From Eledone cirrhosa (taxonomy: Eukaryota): DNA of 64,000 bases. The stretch is from the NCBI GenBank assembly GCA_964016885.1, contig OZ024756.1, positions 33,666,001-33,730,000 on the forward strand. The letters run 5' to 3'. This document shows, in pieces, positions 1 through 16,399 of this stretch; positions within the stretch are counted from its first letter, which is position 1; each line of letters opens with the position of its first letter. Position numbers and translations under genes: made by a program. The notes below the pieces were generated by a model. It was not told where the DNA came from. It saw only the letters and a list, made by a program, of their open reading frames with translations, and ran no database searches.

Positions 1-7
1 AATTCAA

Positions 8-62
8 ACTGCCTGAAGAGGTCACAGCCAAAGATGGCTGTCACTGAAATATATATAGCAGT
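8..62 (+). ncRNA. Type I hammerhead ribozyme motif (Penelope-like terminus)
   Basis: Stem I ACTGC(8-12)/GCAGT(58-62); core CTGAAGA(13-19); 11-bp stem II GGTCACAGCCA/TGGCTGTCACT with one mismatch and one G-U; GAAA(46-49); palindromic TATATA stem III; AUA cleavage triplet. AATAAA follows at 63-68, then a ~140-bp tail ending in (TA)n. Confidence 0.8.
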
Positions 63-208
63 AATAAACGAAGCTAAATTTTAATCATTTGACTTTTATT
101 TAACTTTATTTTACACTACTCCGGAGTAACCAAACCAACCTGCGCACTTCGTCGAGTGCTCCAGCATGCATACTGAGGTGTTGGTATACAACCAACATAA
201 ACTCAAAA

Positions 209-1820
<1,612 letters not shown>

Positions 1821-2547
1821 GTGTGAGTGTATGTATATTTACCTTGTACCTGATATACTGCTGGATGATTCTTTTTCTCTCCTGTGAAACTTTTCGAAAA
1901 TCAAGATTATATATATGGTTGGTTTCTTAGTTTTGTTTGTCTCATGTTTTCTTCTATCTTTATAGTAATATTTATCTTTATATATATAATAATATTTATC
2001 TATTCTTAAATTACTTTCTCTTAGTTTTTCTTCCAAAATGAAATTTAAAATCACTGATGATATTAAAGGAAAAGAAAAAAGAAATTAAAAAAAAATTTTT
2101 TTTTCGCTGTGTTTAAATAAAATCTAACGCTAACCTACCATCCGATCTTTTTAAGTTAAGATATTTGAGTTGAATCAATAGTAAATAATACAGGTCTGAA
2201 TTTACAATCACGATTTTTTTTTTTTCAATTTAAAAAGAAATATTATAAATAAATATAAAAATTAATCGCTTTGTGTGTGAATCATCTGCAAATGGCATGG
2301 AGTGAAATGAACGATTCGCTGAAATGCTATCTATAGTGAGAGTGACGCCATCTTTATAAACGGTCATCTGTTTTACTTTAAAAGGTAATCCGTTTTTCTA
2401 AAATCGATAAGCAGCTTTCTTCGACTTGCAGCAATTTTGCATTCCTTCGCCGTTTGACATTTAACACACATGCATACTCTCACACGCATTCACACACTTC
2501 CATGATATATATATATACATATATACATAATACGCACACATACACAC

Positions 2548-2605
<58 letters not shown>

Positions 2606-2694
2606 TTATGAATAACCATACAGAGAGTAAGTCAGACAGAAATGAACATTTTCATACAGGAAAAAGTTGGTGTTAATGGTTGTTGCGATTCTCA

Positions 2695-2769
<75 letters not shown>

Positions 2770-2787
2770 CAGTAGTAGTAGTAGTAG
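2548..2787. repeat. (GATA)n and (TAG)n microsatellites
   Basis: (GATA)n at about 2548-2605 and (TAG)n at about 2696-2787. The latter gives the poly-T/S/V ORFs. Confidence 0.95.
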
Positions 2788-2994
2788 ATCGCCAATATTT
2801 CGTCTGTCCCATTTGTTTGATTTGTTTAACAAATTCTATTGATATGAGCAGGACACAACTTACGTAATTCTCGGAGTTTCAGTGCCATAACACAATGTGT
2901 GTGAGGGATGGTTCTTTGAGAGAGAGAGCTATAACCTTTCTTTTCAGCTGAGTGAACTCTAAACGTCTAGAGTCTGTCTTGAGCCAGAAGCCTC

Positions 2995-3236
2995 ATTAGG
3001 CTGGAGCTTATCTCGGTTTCCACGACGTGAAGCGACTGAGAGTGCCTGACTCCCCCTGGCAAGATACTAGTTCATCCCAGGGTTAAATGCCCAGCTATTC
3101 CTGGTACTCATTTTCAGCTGAGTATACTGGAGTAACGTGAAATTAATGTTTTTGTTCAAGTAAACAACACGCAACTCTGTGCAGGAATCAAACCTATGAC
3201 ATTATGATCATAAGTCTAACACCTTTACCACTAGGT
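2995..3236 (-). mobile_element. tRNA-derived SINE, family C (diverged)
   Basis: Reverse complement reads CACCTAGTGGTAAAGGTGTTAGAC...GGTTTGATTCC...TTTCACGTTACTCCAGTATACTCAGCTGAAAATGAGTA, matching the head at 19958 and the body at 34780. Confidence 0.65.
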
Positions 3237-3437
3237 GTTAGACGTGAAGGTATACAGAAGAAGTAACTGAATACATTACATTATACATCTCTTTTAACAG
3301 TTCAGTAAGCAAACGGAATGAGATTCTGCTGATTTAAAATCCTCAACGTAGTAGTTAGGCCGCTAGAAAGCGCAGTAAAATATCCCTAAAATCTCACCAT
3401 CTATCTATCTCGCTCTCTCTCGCCCTCTTTCTCTCTC

Positions 3438-3552
<115 letters not shown>

Positions 3553-5362
3553 TCTTAACGGCCTTTAACTCTTGTTGAGCTCCTAAGGGTGACATCCATC
3601 TTTGGGAATCAAAACCCGCAGATCCGATCCCCGTTCACGGCGGAACACAACCGATTTCTTCTGCAGAAATATATACGGATAATGAAGTCAGATATAGAGA
3701 ACATATCGGCACTAGTATACATCTGGTACTTTTCGGCCTAGCCTAGAAATGATAGAAAAGTTAGTGGGAATCGAGAGGTTTTGAATTAATAGTGGACTAA
3801 TACTCTATATATAGACCACAACATAATGAAATGGAAAATTGACATCAACGTCATTTGAACTCAGTACGAAAAGATTCAGAACAAAGCATTTCTCCGACTT
3901 TCGTAGCTTTAGTCGCCCTTAAAAAGGACAGTGTGATTAGAGATGGAGTGCATTTGACAGTTAAGTATACTTGTGTGGAGTTGAACTGGGCGTTCGCCAG
4001 CATGATCATTATCATTACCGGCATCATCAACATCAACTACAACAGCAACAAATCCGCATTACCAGCTCAAATCCCATCCGATTGCACGTGTCATTTCATC
4101 CATCACCATGTCATTCATGTAGTGGTATAGATAATTATCGGGAAGTGAATCCAATAGCCTATAAAGTGTGACCTTGCTTTCAGTGAAGATAAATCAATAT
4201 TTATATTGAAACAATTTGCTGCGAATTGTCAGAAAGTGCTGCTCTAAATAAAGGCATTGCTCAATTTCCTTTTCCCCTCATCTTCATTATAATCTTTTGT
4301 TCAACCCTGTTGATACTACTTTTCCTTCCACTGTCAATAGATATGGTTAACTACTTCACTGCTAGCAATATATTTAAGGTGCTTCGTTTAAAATTTAGTG
4401 TGTTCGGCACTTGATTGAAAGGTCGTGATTTTGATTCCCAGCGGCGCCTTGTATCAATAGGAAAATATAAATATGTGCACAAGAGATATATTTACTTATT
4501 TGATGCATATAGCAAAAGTGACCCTAGAATTAGTTTCTAGAGTTGTGAACAACGGTGTACGTGCACAAATACAAACAGTGGGTTGGATATAAAAGAGATC
4601 AAAATTTACAGTCACGATGCGGAAAAAACTGCAACGGAAAAGAGAGGACCGCCAGCAAACTTTAACATATATTCTTAGATATTGCCCTAGCATCTCACTT
4701 CTGTATAATGCAAATGGGTGTCTATGTGTGAAATTTATAGCTGTTTTATACAGATGTTTCTACAATCTTTTCTCTTAATGGCGACTGTTTTCTTAACAGT
4801 GACTTCACGATTTGCAGCATATCGTCTGCCGAAACATATGTCGATTTTTCATGTATTTTATCACCTCTTAACATTTTTCTTTCATTTTGCTCTGTTTATG
4901 ATTTAATTTGTTTTACGAGGTTTTCTACTTAACACATTTTTCTGTAAACTATATTTAATACTTCACTGTCAACGGCATTACCTACTATATTACGACCTCA
5001 CTGTTCATTTCGCAGTAAAATATCTTAATATCTGGCATTCAATAGTAACATGTTTTGTTTTATTTTATGTTTCATTAAACTTATATATCTTTCAAGATTT
5101 CACATTTAAATTCATGATCAATATCGTATGTTTTGTTTTTAATTCATTATCTTATATGTTAAATGTTGTAAATCACTGCTTCTTTCAAGACTAGTGTATA
5201 TATATATACACATATATTTATACACACCAACTGACGCACAAAAATAAATATACATAGACACCCACACACTCAAACAAGCACACATATTTAATATGTATGT
5301 ATATATAAATATACAATATTTATTTATATGTGTGTATATGATATTTATTTATATGTGTGTAT

Positions 5363-5512
<150 letters not shown>

Positions 5513-5787
5513 TACATGTTTTGCCTAACATATTTGAAGCATCTCCAATAATGGAATTCAGAAAATGTATACTTAGTTTCCCATTTATTTTAGATACTAT
5601 ACGTTTATACTGCACATCTCAAAGGCTCATTGGTTTATAATTATGCATTCATATTCATGTAACTATTTACATAATATGGTGATAAACAGGCGAAACTCAA
5701 GAGTAAAATCGCTCACTATTTGACGTTAATAAAATGAATATATATATATGTCTCTATCTGTGTGCGTATGTATATATACATACATAT

Positions 5788-5846
5788 ATATTTATCCTTA
5801 TCGAACCCTCTTCCGATTTCAGTCTTCACATTTATTATTATTACTG
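5788..5846 (+). mobile_element. Family G 3' fragment (Penelope-like terminus) in (TA)n
   Basis: TTTATCCTTATCGAACCCTCTTCCGATTTCAGTCTTCA closely matches 36194-36232. Confidence 0.6.
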
Positions 5847-6055
5847 TATATATATATACAGATAAATCTACCAATCAATGGTAGGGTCTAAACCGTATGA
5901 AAAACTCAATGTAATCCGTATGTAGAAGATGTCGTGAAGCAAAGTTTAAAATACAAATATTTTCAACGATATAATTCAATTCGAAACAGAGTCAAAATAG
6001 AAATATTAAAACAATGAAATTAAACACAAAACTGTAAATTCATACTAAAACTCAT

Positions 6056-6182
6056 TATTTTACGATCGTTTCTGGGGGGTAGTTCCCTGTATGTTCATTC
6101 AATCTATGTAAAACATATTATAAAATATCATAGTAAGAAAAAAAAATACATACGTCTTCACTACCCGCCGTCTTCAGAAATA
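6056..6182 (-). ncRNA. Type I hammerhead motif with long stem II
   Basis: Minus strand reads TATTT-CTGAAGA-CGGCGGGTAGT...ACTACCCCCCA-GAAA-CGATCG-TA-AAATA. Stem I is TATTT/AAATA, stem III is the palindrome CGATCG, and the cleavage triplet is GUA. Confidence 0.7.
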
Positions 6183-6215
6183 TTTCTGAAGACGGCGGGT
6201 AGTGAAGACGTATGT
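6148..6215. repeat. Perfect 68-bp palindrome at the end of a Penelope-like fragment
   Basis: ACATACGTCTTCACTACCCGCCGTCTTCAGAAAT|ATTTCTGAAGACGGCGGGTAGTGAAGACGTATGT, with no spacer; (TA)n follows. Confidence 0.95.
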
Positions 6216-6244
6216 TTTTTTTTTCTTTACATATATATATATTT

Positions 6245-6367
<123 letters not shown>

Positions 6368-6398
6368 AGAATCAAAGCTATGTTCAAAGCATTTATTC

Positions 6399-6443
6399 AC
6401 TTACAATTGTTTCATCCAAACTTAGGCTTGGATTCTTCGGAGC
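6399..6443 (-). ncRNA. Hammerhead-like motif (CCGAAGA core variant)
   Basis: GCT-CCGAAGA-ATCCAAGC CTAA GTTTGGAT-GAAA-CAATTG-TA-AGT, followed by GAATAAA. 8-bp stem II and palindromic stem III. Confidence 0.6.
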
Positions 6444-7193
6444 ATTTTTCAATGTCTGTACATATAATTGACTTCCTATCCAACGCAGGAGACATACAGA
6501 TACATATATATATATATTGATGTACAGTGGAGTGACATATATTATACTATACTATATTTGTACAGCAATTCAAATTCAAAATCAAAAACAAAATAAACCG
6601 CTGTAAATTCTCGCAGCAGAGAGAAACTATTCTATAAATATGGTTTAAATAACACTGAGCCTCAATACGCTACAATAATTTAATGCATCAAACATTCAAT
6701 ACGGAATCATCGTAACTTATGTGATGGATGTTAAAACGATATCTTCCTTTTTCTGAATGTGAAAATGGTGGTGGATGCGAAAACTATAACTTTCTTTTTC
6801 TTTTTCTGCACACATACTTTTTTGATCTATACAAAAAATACCCTACCACTACAACCACCATAATACTCTTGCTTACCCGCTTAAAGTGCTTGCATTACAT
6901 GTGACACCTTGCCACACAATAATCGTATATAAATGAGACACACTTGCATGCTCCATGTGTAACTAACGCATACACTACCTACTAGATCTGACTATCAAAC
7001 TATCCTCTTGCATTACCTGTGTTATCTGCCGAATGTATTTTAATTTTGTTTTTGATTTTGAATTTGAATTGCTGTACAAATATAGTATAGTATAATATAT
7101 GTCACTCCACTGTACATCAATATATATATATATGTATCTGTATGTCTCCTGCGTTGGATAGGAAGTCAATTATATGTACAAACATTGAAAAAT

Positions 7194-7238
7194 GCTCCGA
7201 AGACTTCAAGCCTAGGTTTGGATGAAACAATTGTAAGT
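7194..7238 (+). ncRNA. Hammerhead-like motif (inverted copy of 6399-6443)
   Basis: GCT-CCGAAGA-CTTCAAGC CTAG GTTTGGAT-GAAA-CAATTG-TA-AGT. Confidence 0.55.
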
Positions 7239-7408
7239 GAATAAATGCTTTGAACATAGCTTTGATTCTTGTGAATTCTATATAACTTCTCTGTAGAACA
7301 ACTGATGTTATTACATTGAGCTATTTATCTTACTGGTAATAAGGTAGTAATAAATTACTGACCTTCCCTGTTTATAGTTTAAAATATACATAACTATAAA
7401 TAGTATCC

Positions 7409-7446
<38 letters not shown>

Positions 7447-7531
7447 GTATATATGTATATATATGTGTGTGTCTGTATATGTGTATGTGCGTGAGTGTGT
7501 ATGTATGTATATATATATATATGTAGGTAGG

Positions 7532-7573
<42 letters not shown>

Positions 7574-7574
7574 T

Positions 7575-7756
7575 AATTGTTTCTACTTTTGGCACAAGGC
7601 CAGCAATTATCCCAGTGCATTACTGGTACTTTATTGTATCGACCCCGTAAGGATGAAAGGCAAAGTTAACCTAGGCGGGATTTGAACTCAGAATGGCAAG
7701 AGGCGTAACTCTATGCATCAAAGCATGGCGTCCAACCCTCTACCGATACTGCCAAT
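7575..7756 (-). mobile_element. tRNA-derived SINE, family A
   Basis: Reverse complement of the family consensus ATTGGCAGTATCGGTAGAGGG...GAGTTCAAATCCCGCC (B box)...GGCCTTGTGCCAAAAGTAGAAACAATTAT. Confidence 0.9.
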
Positions 7757-8651
7757 AATTCAAGTGTACTATTGTCTATAACATATGATAGGTTGCTGCC
7801 AGCCTGTCTGTTATTTAGTACGTTATGTCGTTAATATTTCCTTGCTACATATTTATTGTATATTTTCAATGTGTTATTTGTCCTCGTTCGTGATGGCTTT
7901 GATTTCTTTTTAATTTATTCTGTGCAATATCCTAGGTGACTGCATTCATTTTCTTTTGGTGTTTGTGATACATATTATCCAGTATTCTTTGTTGGTGGTT
8001 CTAAGCTTTTATGTTTCTTTTTTATGTTTGCATATTGTTTCCTGATAGTACCACTGTATTCTATTCTAGATTATATATTACCGATGTTACTTTTTCGTTA
8101 TGCTAGGTCTGTGATTTGTTTATGTTCTAAACTTCGATTGTGGTGTATTGTTATGGTGTTTTTAGTAGATCTTTCGTCTTATATTTTATATTTCTATGTA
8201 GCTTGTTTTCTAAAATATCCCTACTTAAGTCGATAAATTTCAGATTAATATTTCATCTTATTTTTTATGTGTATATCCAAGTCATTATATAAGCTTTCCT
8301 CTAGATTTTGTTATAGCAGTTACTAATGTTGTTGTAACATTAATATCCTAGTAAACAATGGCTTTTTTTTTCAATCCTTAAATTTAATCAAAGTCAGTCT
8401 ATCACGTTATATTTCTATTTGTTTGGTATTTATAGTAGAATCTAAGCTCCCACCTGATAGTATGTGTACAATCCGTCTAAAACACTGAATGTCTGACTTA
8501 CCTATCAACTACTTTTCATTCCATACAATTGCTATCGAAATATATATACTGCTATATAAATTTGTACTCCAATATATATATAGAGATTTTATTTCAGTAA
8601 ATTTAAGTTTTAGATTGTCCTCTTCGTATTTTGCTTTACATGTATTATTAC

Positions 8652-8692
<41 letters not shown>

Positions 8693-8695
<3 letters not shown>

Positions 8696-8787
8696 GAGAA
8701 GTTTTATTAAAGTTTAAGTAAAGAATCACTACTTTCACCCTTAACGTGATCTCTTTATCGAACCCTCTTCGGATTGTAGTCTTCATA
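8693..8787. mobile_element. Family G fragment with internal inversion junction, flanked by (TA)n
   Basis: Left part matches 36098-36142 in reverse orientation; right part matches 36200-36232 in forward orientation. Confidence 0.6.
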
Positions 8788-9249
8788 TATATATATAATT
8801 TCAGTAAATTACTTTTTTCTGAATGTATAAACATATTGATTATAAATGAACTTCAAATCATTTGCAGTCAACCTTTAGATCATGAGTCATTGGCTGCAGA
8901 ATTGTCGACCAAATAAATAGGAGATTTAGAAAGATATATAGGATAAACCAGTACATTACGAGGATAAACCAGTAGATTTGATGCAAATATTGAATATTTT
9001 GTACTTTTACACCTAAAACTTCATAAAATTCTTGAAATTTAAAGTATAGTTGTCACAACGTAAATGATTATTGTTATAGTATTTATTGGAACGACTACAT
9101 TTCAAATCTCAAATTTTCCCCGGTTTGTACGTCATATGGACATAAAAAGTTTTTTCGATAAACACTTATTCAATAAATCATTGAAATACCAACTGATACG
9201 ATGCGATTAACCACAGTAGGGAACCAAGCAATCTTCTATTCCTTGCTAC

Positions 9250-9440
9250 TGGCAGTATCGGTAGAGGGTCACGCCATGCTTTGCATCATAGATTTACGTC
9301 CCTTTTCGATCTGAGTTCAAATCCCACCGAGGTTAACTTTGCCTTTCATCCTTACGGAGTCGATAAAATAAAGCACCAGTAATGCGCTAGGATAATTGCT
9401 GTAATTGCTGGCCTTGTGCCAACAATAGAAACAATTATTA
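9250..9440 (+). mobile_element. tRNA-derived SINE, family A
   Basis: TGGCAGTATCGGTAGAGGGTC...CTGAGTTCAAATCCCACCGAGG...TAGAAACAATTATTA. Confidence 0.9.
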
Positions 9441-9984
9441 TATAAACCACTGCGTTTAAAGGCATCATTGTAATAGGGAACATATTTATTGCAAGTATAT
9501 ATAAGAGATAATATACTGGACTAATCGTATATTAAAACTATGCATTAAGTTATATATGTGAGTGGTGCACCAGCATGGCCACGGCTTGACGTCTGGAACA
9601 AGTAATAGAGTAATAGAGTAATAATGTCTGTGGAGGATCTTGAATATATACTGTAAAATTTGTTTGGTTTGTATGCTTCCAATAGTTGCTTTATCGTCGC
9701 TATATTTATATCATTATATTTTCTACGAAATTTTATATGCGAGAAAAATCATTATTTTTTGGCGTAAAGATGAGGTATCTTTTAGTTGAATGAGTAATGG
9801 AATTGTCATTTTTCTTTACAAGTTTTACTAACAAAATGTCTGAAAGATTTAATTTTCCAGCAAACATTGTTGTTTTATTACAGCCGTATATTTGACTTTG
9901 GTAGGATTCTGTCTCCGACAATTTTTATGTTGCTTTGACATTGCAGCTAGTCGTAATTTTCCTCCTGGTTGTATTGTTATTGTG

Positions 9985-10260
9985 TGAAAGCACGCGGCTT
10001 AATGTTTGTGGTGTTCGGCTTAATATCATAAGTTCCTGAGTTCTATTCTCGGCAGCTTGTATCCTACAGTATTATATTTTGTTACACATTGATTCAGTCC
10101 ATTCAGTTAGAAAAAAAACAGTCAGCCATATTATACCAAGTATTACACCCATTCCCTTCGACCACCCACCTGAAAATTACGTTAATGCTGCCTATGGAAG
10201 GCTCAGTCACTTGTGTGTTAATTTCACGACAAGACTGTTCTGTTGTTCGATCGGTAACCA
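9985..10260 (+). mobile_element. SINE family C (old, diverged)
   Basis: GAAAGCACGCGGCTTAATG...GAGTTCTATTCTCGGC...CAGTCCATTCAGTTAGAAAAA...GTGTTAATTTCACGA resembles the copies at 19958 and 34780. Confidence 0.5.
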
Positions 10261-10261
10261 C

Positions 10262-10412
10262 AGTAAGTAAAGTACTCAATACAAAGCAGAGTATAAATAT
10301 TTAATCTAGAAAAGGCTTCTACAGGACGAGAACTGTTTCATTCGGGAGAAATCATCAGGAAGCCCTTATTTTCTACCGAATGAAACAGTTCTAGTCCTGT
10401 AGAAACCATTTC

Positions 10413-10420
<8 letters not shown>
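10262..10420 (-). mobile_element. Short hairpin element with hammerhead-like core
   Basis: Inverted arms 10307-10352 and 10368-10414. Minus strand has CTGATGA-TTTCTCCCGAAT-GAAA-CAGTTC. Carries the AAAGTACTCAATAC motif shared with family F and 24688. Abuts (TA)n. Confidence 0.6.
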
Positions 10421-10470
<50 letters not shown>

Positions 10471-11078
10471 TTACTTATATATATGTGTATACACACACAC
10501 GCATATATATATATGTGTGTGTGTGTGTTGATCATGTGGAAATGTTGAAAGAATTATTGTTTATATTTTAAGATAAGTTACTACTGCTTGCTTGTATAGT
10601 TTAAAATGTGTTATCTATCTGTTTATTGTTTATGTATATTTCGTGGTTGTTCATTTTGTTATCACCACTGATGTTTGTCGTCATTGTTGGTGGTTGTAAG
10701 TTTTTACTTTTTCTTTAAATTACTCTATTTTATCTCCTAGGAGACAGCATTGAATTTTTTCTGTGTTGACATTAGATATTTCCATAGCTTCTTAATTGAA
10801 TTGACGCGACACTGTAAGGTTTTATTTTCATACACTGGCATCCCAATACGGCTAATTACTAGATTTAGTAGAACGCCGAGTGGAAAGATGTTTTACGACA
10901 CTCCTACCTGCATTTTGCACTCTGAGTTCAAATCAAGGCAAACTCGGGTTTTCCTTTCGTCCTTTGGAGCTCGATAAATAAAGTATCAGTATTTAGAGTG
11001 ATTTAGATTCGCTAAATGCTTTTTACTATAATATTACACTGGCTTTAATATGTTTTTTCATATTATCTAACATCTATG

Positions 11079-11270
11079 GGCGGTGGATTGGTAGTATCGG
11101 TAGAAGGTCGGACGCCATTCTTTGCAGCATAAAGTTACGCCCCTTTGCGGTCTGAGTTCAGATCCCACCGAGGTTAACTTTGCCGTTCATCCTTACGGGG
11201 GTCGATAAAATAAGATACCAGTAATGAACTGAGATAATTGCTGGCGTTGTGCCAAAAAGTAGAACAATTA
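11079..11270 (+). mobile_element. SINE family A, full length, with TSD
   Basis: Starts GGCGGTGGATTGG. TSD CTAACATCTATG at 11067-11078 and 11272-11283. Confidence 0.92.
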
Positions 11271-11308
11271 CCTAACATCTATGACCTTTTTATAAAATTT
11301 GCTAAGTA

Positions 11309-11580
11309 GGCGAATTGTCAGAGGCGCTGGATCGATAGATCGAATGCTTTGTTTTATTCGTTCGTGTTCTCGGCTCTCCGAGTTCAAATCCTGCTGAGGC
11401 AAGCTTTGCCTTTCATAATTTCGAGATCGATAAAAAGTACCAGTCTAGTACTGACGTTGATTCTTCCTGTGTGACTATTTTTCCCTTCCATTCACTCACT
11501 TTTCATCCTTCTATACAACAAATCGTGTATGTTTAAACATTGAGAGGAATGGACTCACCCAGGTTTCAAATACCGTAAAA
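11309..11580 (+). mobile_element. SINE family B (A-like head with CT-rich body)
   Basis: GAGTTCAAATCC B box, TTTCGAGATCGATAAAAAGTACCAG, GATTCTTCCT, GAGAGGAATGG; collinear with 61306-61585 and ~16800-17180. Confidence 0.65.
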
Positions 11581-11869
11581 ACGCCCTCTGCAGCTACGGC
11601 GACCCTATGTCTCAATCAGAAGTTACGGAGCCATACATACATAATATATATATGCTACATGCCCGCACTAATCTAATCAGTCAATGAGTTGTTGTGTTTA
11701 ATTGACAGTAACAGATGGAAGGCAAGATATTTGGAATTCCCTGCCGTATATCTGGAAAATATTCCTGCCAAAATAAGATGTTAAACGACCAATATCCGAC
11801 TATTTGCACCAACAAATATACATTACCGTATTTTACTTAGCGATTTATTTTATTTCTTCAATGTGTGTA

Positions 11870-12537
<668 letters not shown>

Positions 12538-13415
12538 AGTGTCGAATATACTGTTATATATTATATACATTTTATTATTTCAGTCGTTTTTTTCTTTCCA
12601 ACACGAAATCGTTTTATTGCTATACACCACGCTGTGCTGCTTCACATTAATTGCTTTCTACATGTTACATCTATATCATTCATTCACCATGTAATTATAT
12701 CTGATAGTAAGTGATAGTAAAAACACAAGTTCTTTACTTTTCTTGTATTCTTTAATATATATCATATCGTATATCATTAATGGTATGCTAATTTTTGCTT
12801 TGTGGACGACTGTTGCAATCGTTTTCTTGAAAGATATTTCGTAAGACGATTCCTTAATGTTGTCTGAAACATTTTATTGGTTAGTAAATATTGTTTTTAT
12901 TACATAAAGTACTGTACTTAGCTTTGTTGTGTTTCTTTCCCAAAACTATTTTTATGTTTGTCTTCTTCGCTTTATTGTTAGTCGTGTAATTATTTCCTCT
13001 TCGGTGTGTACCAGTCGTCAGATTAACAGATACTTTACTATTTCATATTCTATACGATGGGTTCTGAGAAACAGATTGCAATCAAAACATTCAGGTCTAT
13101 AAAATATTGCCTTCTTTTCAACAAATCAAGATTTTTTTTTTTTTTCCACACACTTGAAAGATTGGCTTGAATATTTGTAATTGGGTCGTCCTGAGTTCGA
13201 TTGAAGAACCGATAATGTTTTGTGTATTTCAGCAAAACGTTTCCTATCACGTTGCTCTAGTCCATTAAGCTAAAAAATAAAAATAAAAACATGGTAACAG
13301 TGTGTGACCATGTCTGTCTGTGTCTGTGTGTGTCTGTATGTGTGTCTGCGTGTGTTGAACATTGACAACAAAAGGCCAAGGTAACAAAATACTTTGTGAA
13401 AGAAATAATTTTCTA

Positions 13416-13616
13416 TATAGACAATAAATACAACCACGAGGATATGGTCCGAACGTGGAAGAGCCGAACTTCCACTGTCATCACCTCCATCTCTCTCACC
13501 TTCCCCATCTCCATGTATGGTGAGCAAATGGGATCCCACGTACTGGTCTCCCCACAGCCCGGTGGGCAGAATGTAGAAGCCGTTTTCCCGGAGGATAGAA
13601 GGGAGATGCGCTGGAA
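13416..13616 (-). mobile_element. 3' end of a CRE-like (restriction-like endonuclease) non-LTR retrotransposon, degenerate
   Basis: Homologous to 43551-43770. Minus strand encodes FQRISL, then ILRENGFYIL after a frameshift. Confidence 0.6.
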
Positions 13617-14013
13617 AAATAAAATGAATGTATGACAGCCTGAAAAGTAGGGAAAAGAAGATCTTGAGGTATCATTCGTTCAATGCTCATAAAAGGCTAA
13701 TGAAATCTATGTAGTTGAGATTCAACGTTTTGGACAGATTTTAATTATATTTTAAAAAATATTACGAATGTTCTACGCTCAATAATATTTTACATAATCC
13801 CGTTCTCACGGGAAAAGTATTTTACCGATGTAATTATTTTATGGGATTGTCATTTACGATGATTAAATTTTACAGCATAATTAATTAATTTTTAAAGGTT
13901 ACTGCTAATGTTTTAACATCCCATGGTGGCCATTTTGAATACGGTAAAAGTTTGTAGAGTTTCCCATGATTTACAAATATTGATGAGAGCAAAACAGTAT
14001 ATAGACACCACAC

Positions 14014-14053
<40 letters not shown>

Positions 14054-14250
14054 ATGTGCGTATATGTAAGGGACTAATTGTCAGCGTTATCTTTTGCATT
14101 TGTATTTATATTCTATATCCAAACCTGCATTGTTCTGGTCTTCTAACTTCAAACGTTTATACCTCACGACACAATGCTTCAAGTAAACTACCAATTCCTT
14201 CTATATATATATATTAATTACATACATGTATATTAATATATATATATATG

Positions 14251-14348
<98 letters not shown>

Positions 14349-14377
14349 CATACATATATATACATATATATATATAC

Positions 14378-14440
<63 letters not shown>

Positions 14441-15598
14441 AATATATATATATTGCATCAATCCTTCATTGTCAACCTATAAACTTCTCCATCCACCCTC
14501 TTGCATATGTGTGTGTGTATGTGTGTGTGTGTATACGTATGTGTATATGTATGTGTGTTTGGGTGTATATGTGTGTTCATGTGTGCGACTGCATAAAATT
14601 GTATTGTATTTCAAGCACTTCCTGTCTAAGTAGATTTATGTTGCAATCAATGCACAGGAAAAGTGTACTTAAGAATAGATTGATTAAATTTACGATTGTT
14701 CTTTTGGGTTCAACACATCTTTTTGTCTATGAATACAAACCCACTTACTTTTCACACCACCCAGGCGATGATTACTATTCAATTACACATAGTTTATTAC
14801 ACAGAATATTTTTAACTTATTCATTGCTGTACTTCTAATAAACTGTATTTGACTTGATTCTTGAACTAATTTGGAGGAACTTAATAATTACTAAGATGAA
14901 GGGAATTGATTATTACTAACATATGAATACAATTCTATTAGTCAGGCACATACTGCGTGTAACTATCTATCTAGTAGAAATTATGTTCTCTAATATTCCG
15001 TTTGCCTCTTCGTCCCGTGAGACAGGATGGAGAAAATATTGCCCCGCAGAACGATGAGGGAGACGTGCTAGCTGCTACAAGCTCTACCACAAACTTATCA
15101 TAGAGTGGTATATACTTGGACAGTTTACCACCTTCAGCTGTTTCAATATTTAGAGTGCATTTTAAACATAACTTATCAAAAGTCTCTCATTTCAAACTAT
15201 GTTTGAAGATCCCTTTAAAACGAGATTTCATTTCATATGACCACATTTCATTTGTGGGGTTGGTAACTAAAAGGTTAAAATATATAGTATCACGAGATAT
15301 ACAGGAACAAAGTGATCTACTTGAAACTTTACTTACGGTAATGTATAAGAACAAAGTGGATTATCACTTTTAAGTCTTTATTTTCCATATCCCATGTATA
15401 CCGCTGCCATTGTGTTTTCTATTATCACTTGTTCTGCTTTCCATAGAAATAATTACTCGATTTTGTTTCCGGATATTTGAGATTACGACTATTTGATTAT
15501 TTTGTACCAACAAATGTGAAATTATGCCTGTTCTGTTTATCGCGAAGATAAATACTTTGTAGTCTTTATATAGATAAAGATATATAAATATTTATATG

Positions 15599-15633
<35 letters not shown>

Positions 15634-15638
15634 ATATG

Positions 15639-15789
<151 letters not shown>

Positions 15790-16399
15790 TTACGTGTGTG
15801 TATGATTCCTATATCTACATACATATATATAAATATATATAGAGAGAGAGAGAGAAAGAGAGATAGATAGAGAGATAGATAGATAAAGAGAGAGGGGGGT
15901 TAGAAAGACCCGTTTGACTTTAAAGCCATTACATTTTCCTCTTTCTTAGATTTCGGGTTATTTGATCTGTACCTTCCTTTCGTGAATGATTATCATCAAT
16001 CCAGAAAATCCCTTTTGTGCATGAATAAGTCTTAGCTTTACATGCAAGATAATTAAATCATCTCTGCAAATAATTATCTTTCGATAAGTAAATACCCACA
16101 AACGTTACGTCGGTCGTTGGATGTTCCAAATTATGGATTTTGTATAACATTTATGTTTATATGTAAAGCTCTTTTTCGTGTGTTTAATCTTTACTCGTTG
16201 TCAAATACAGAAGGAATATCAAATAAATATTATCAGCCACGGGGAATTAGATTCTGAACACTTTCTACATTTTCTCTGTTCAACATTGTAGCCGAGGAAT
16301 ATTTTCATTCGTTGTTTCCTATGTGTCTTTGAAACGTTTAAACATAAAGGAGGTGAAGTAACACAGACTGTGAGTATGATGGATCGCCGTTGGCTCCGA

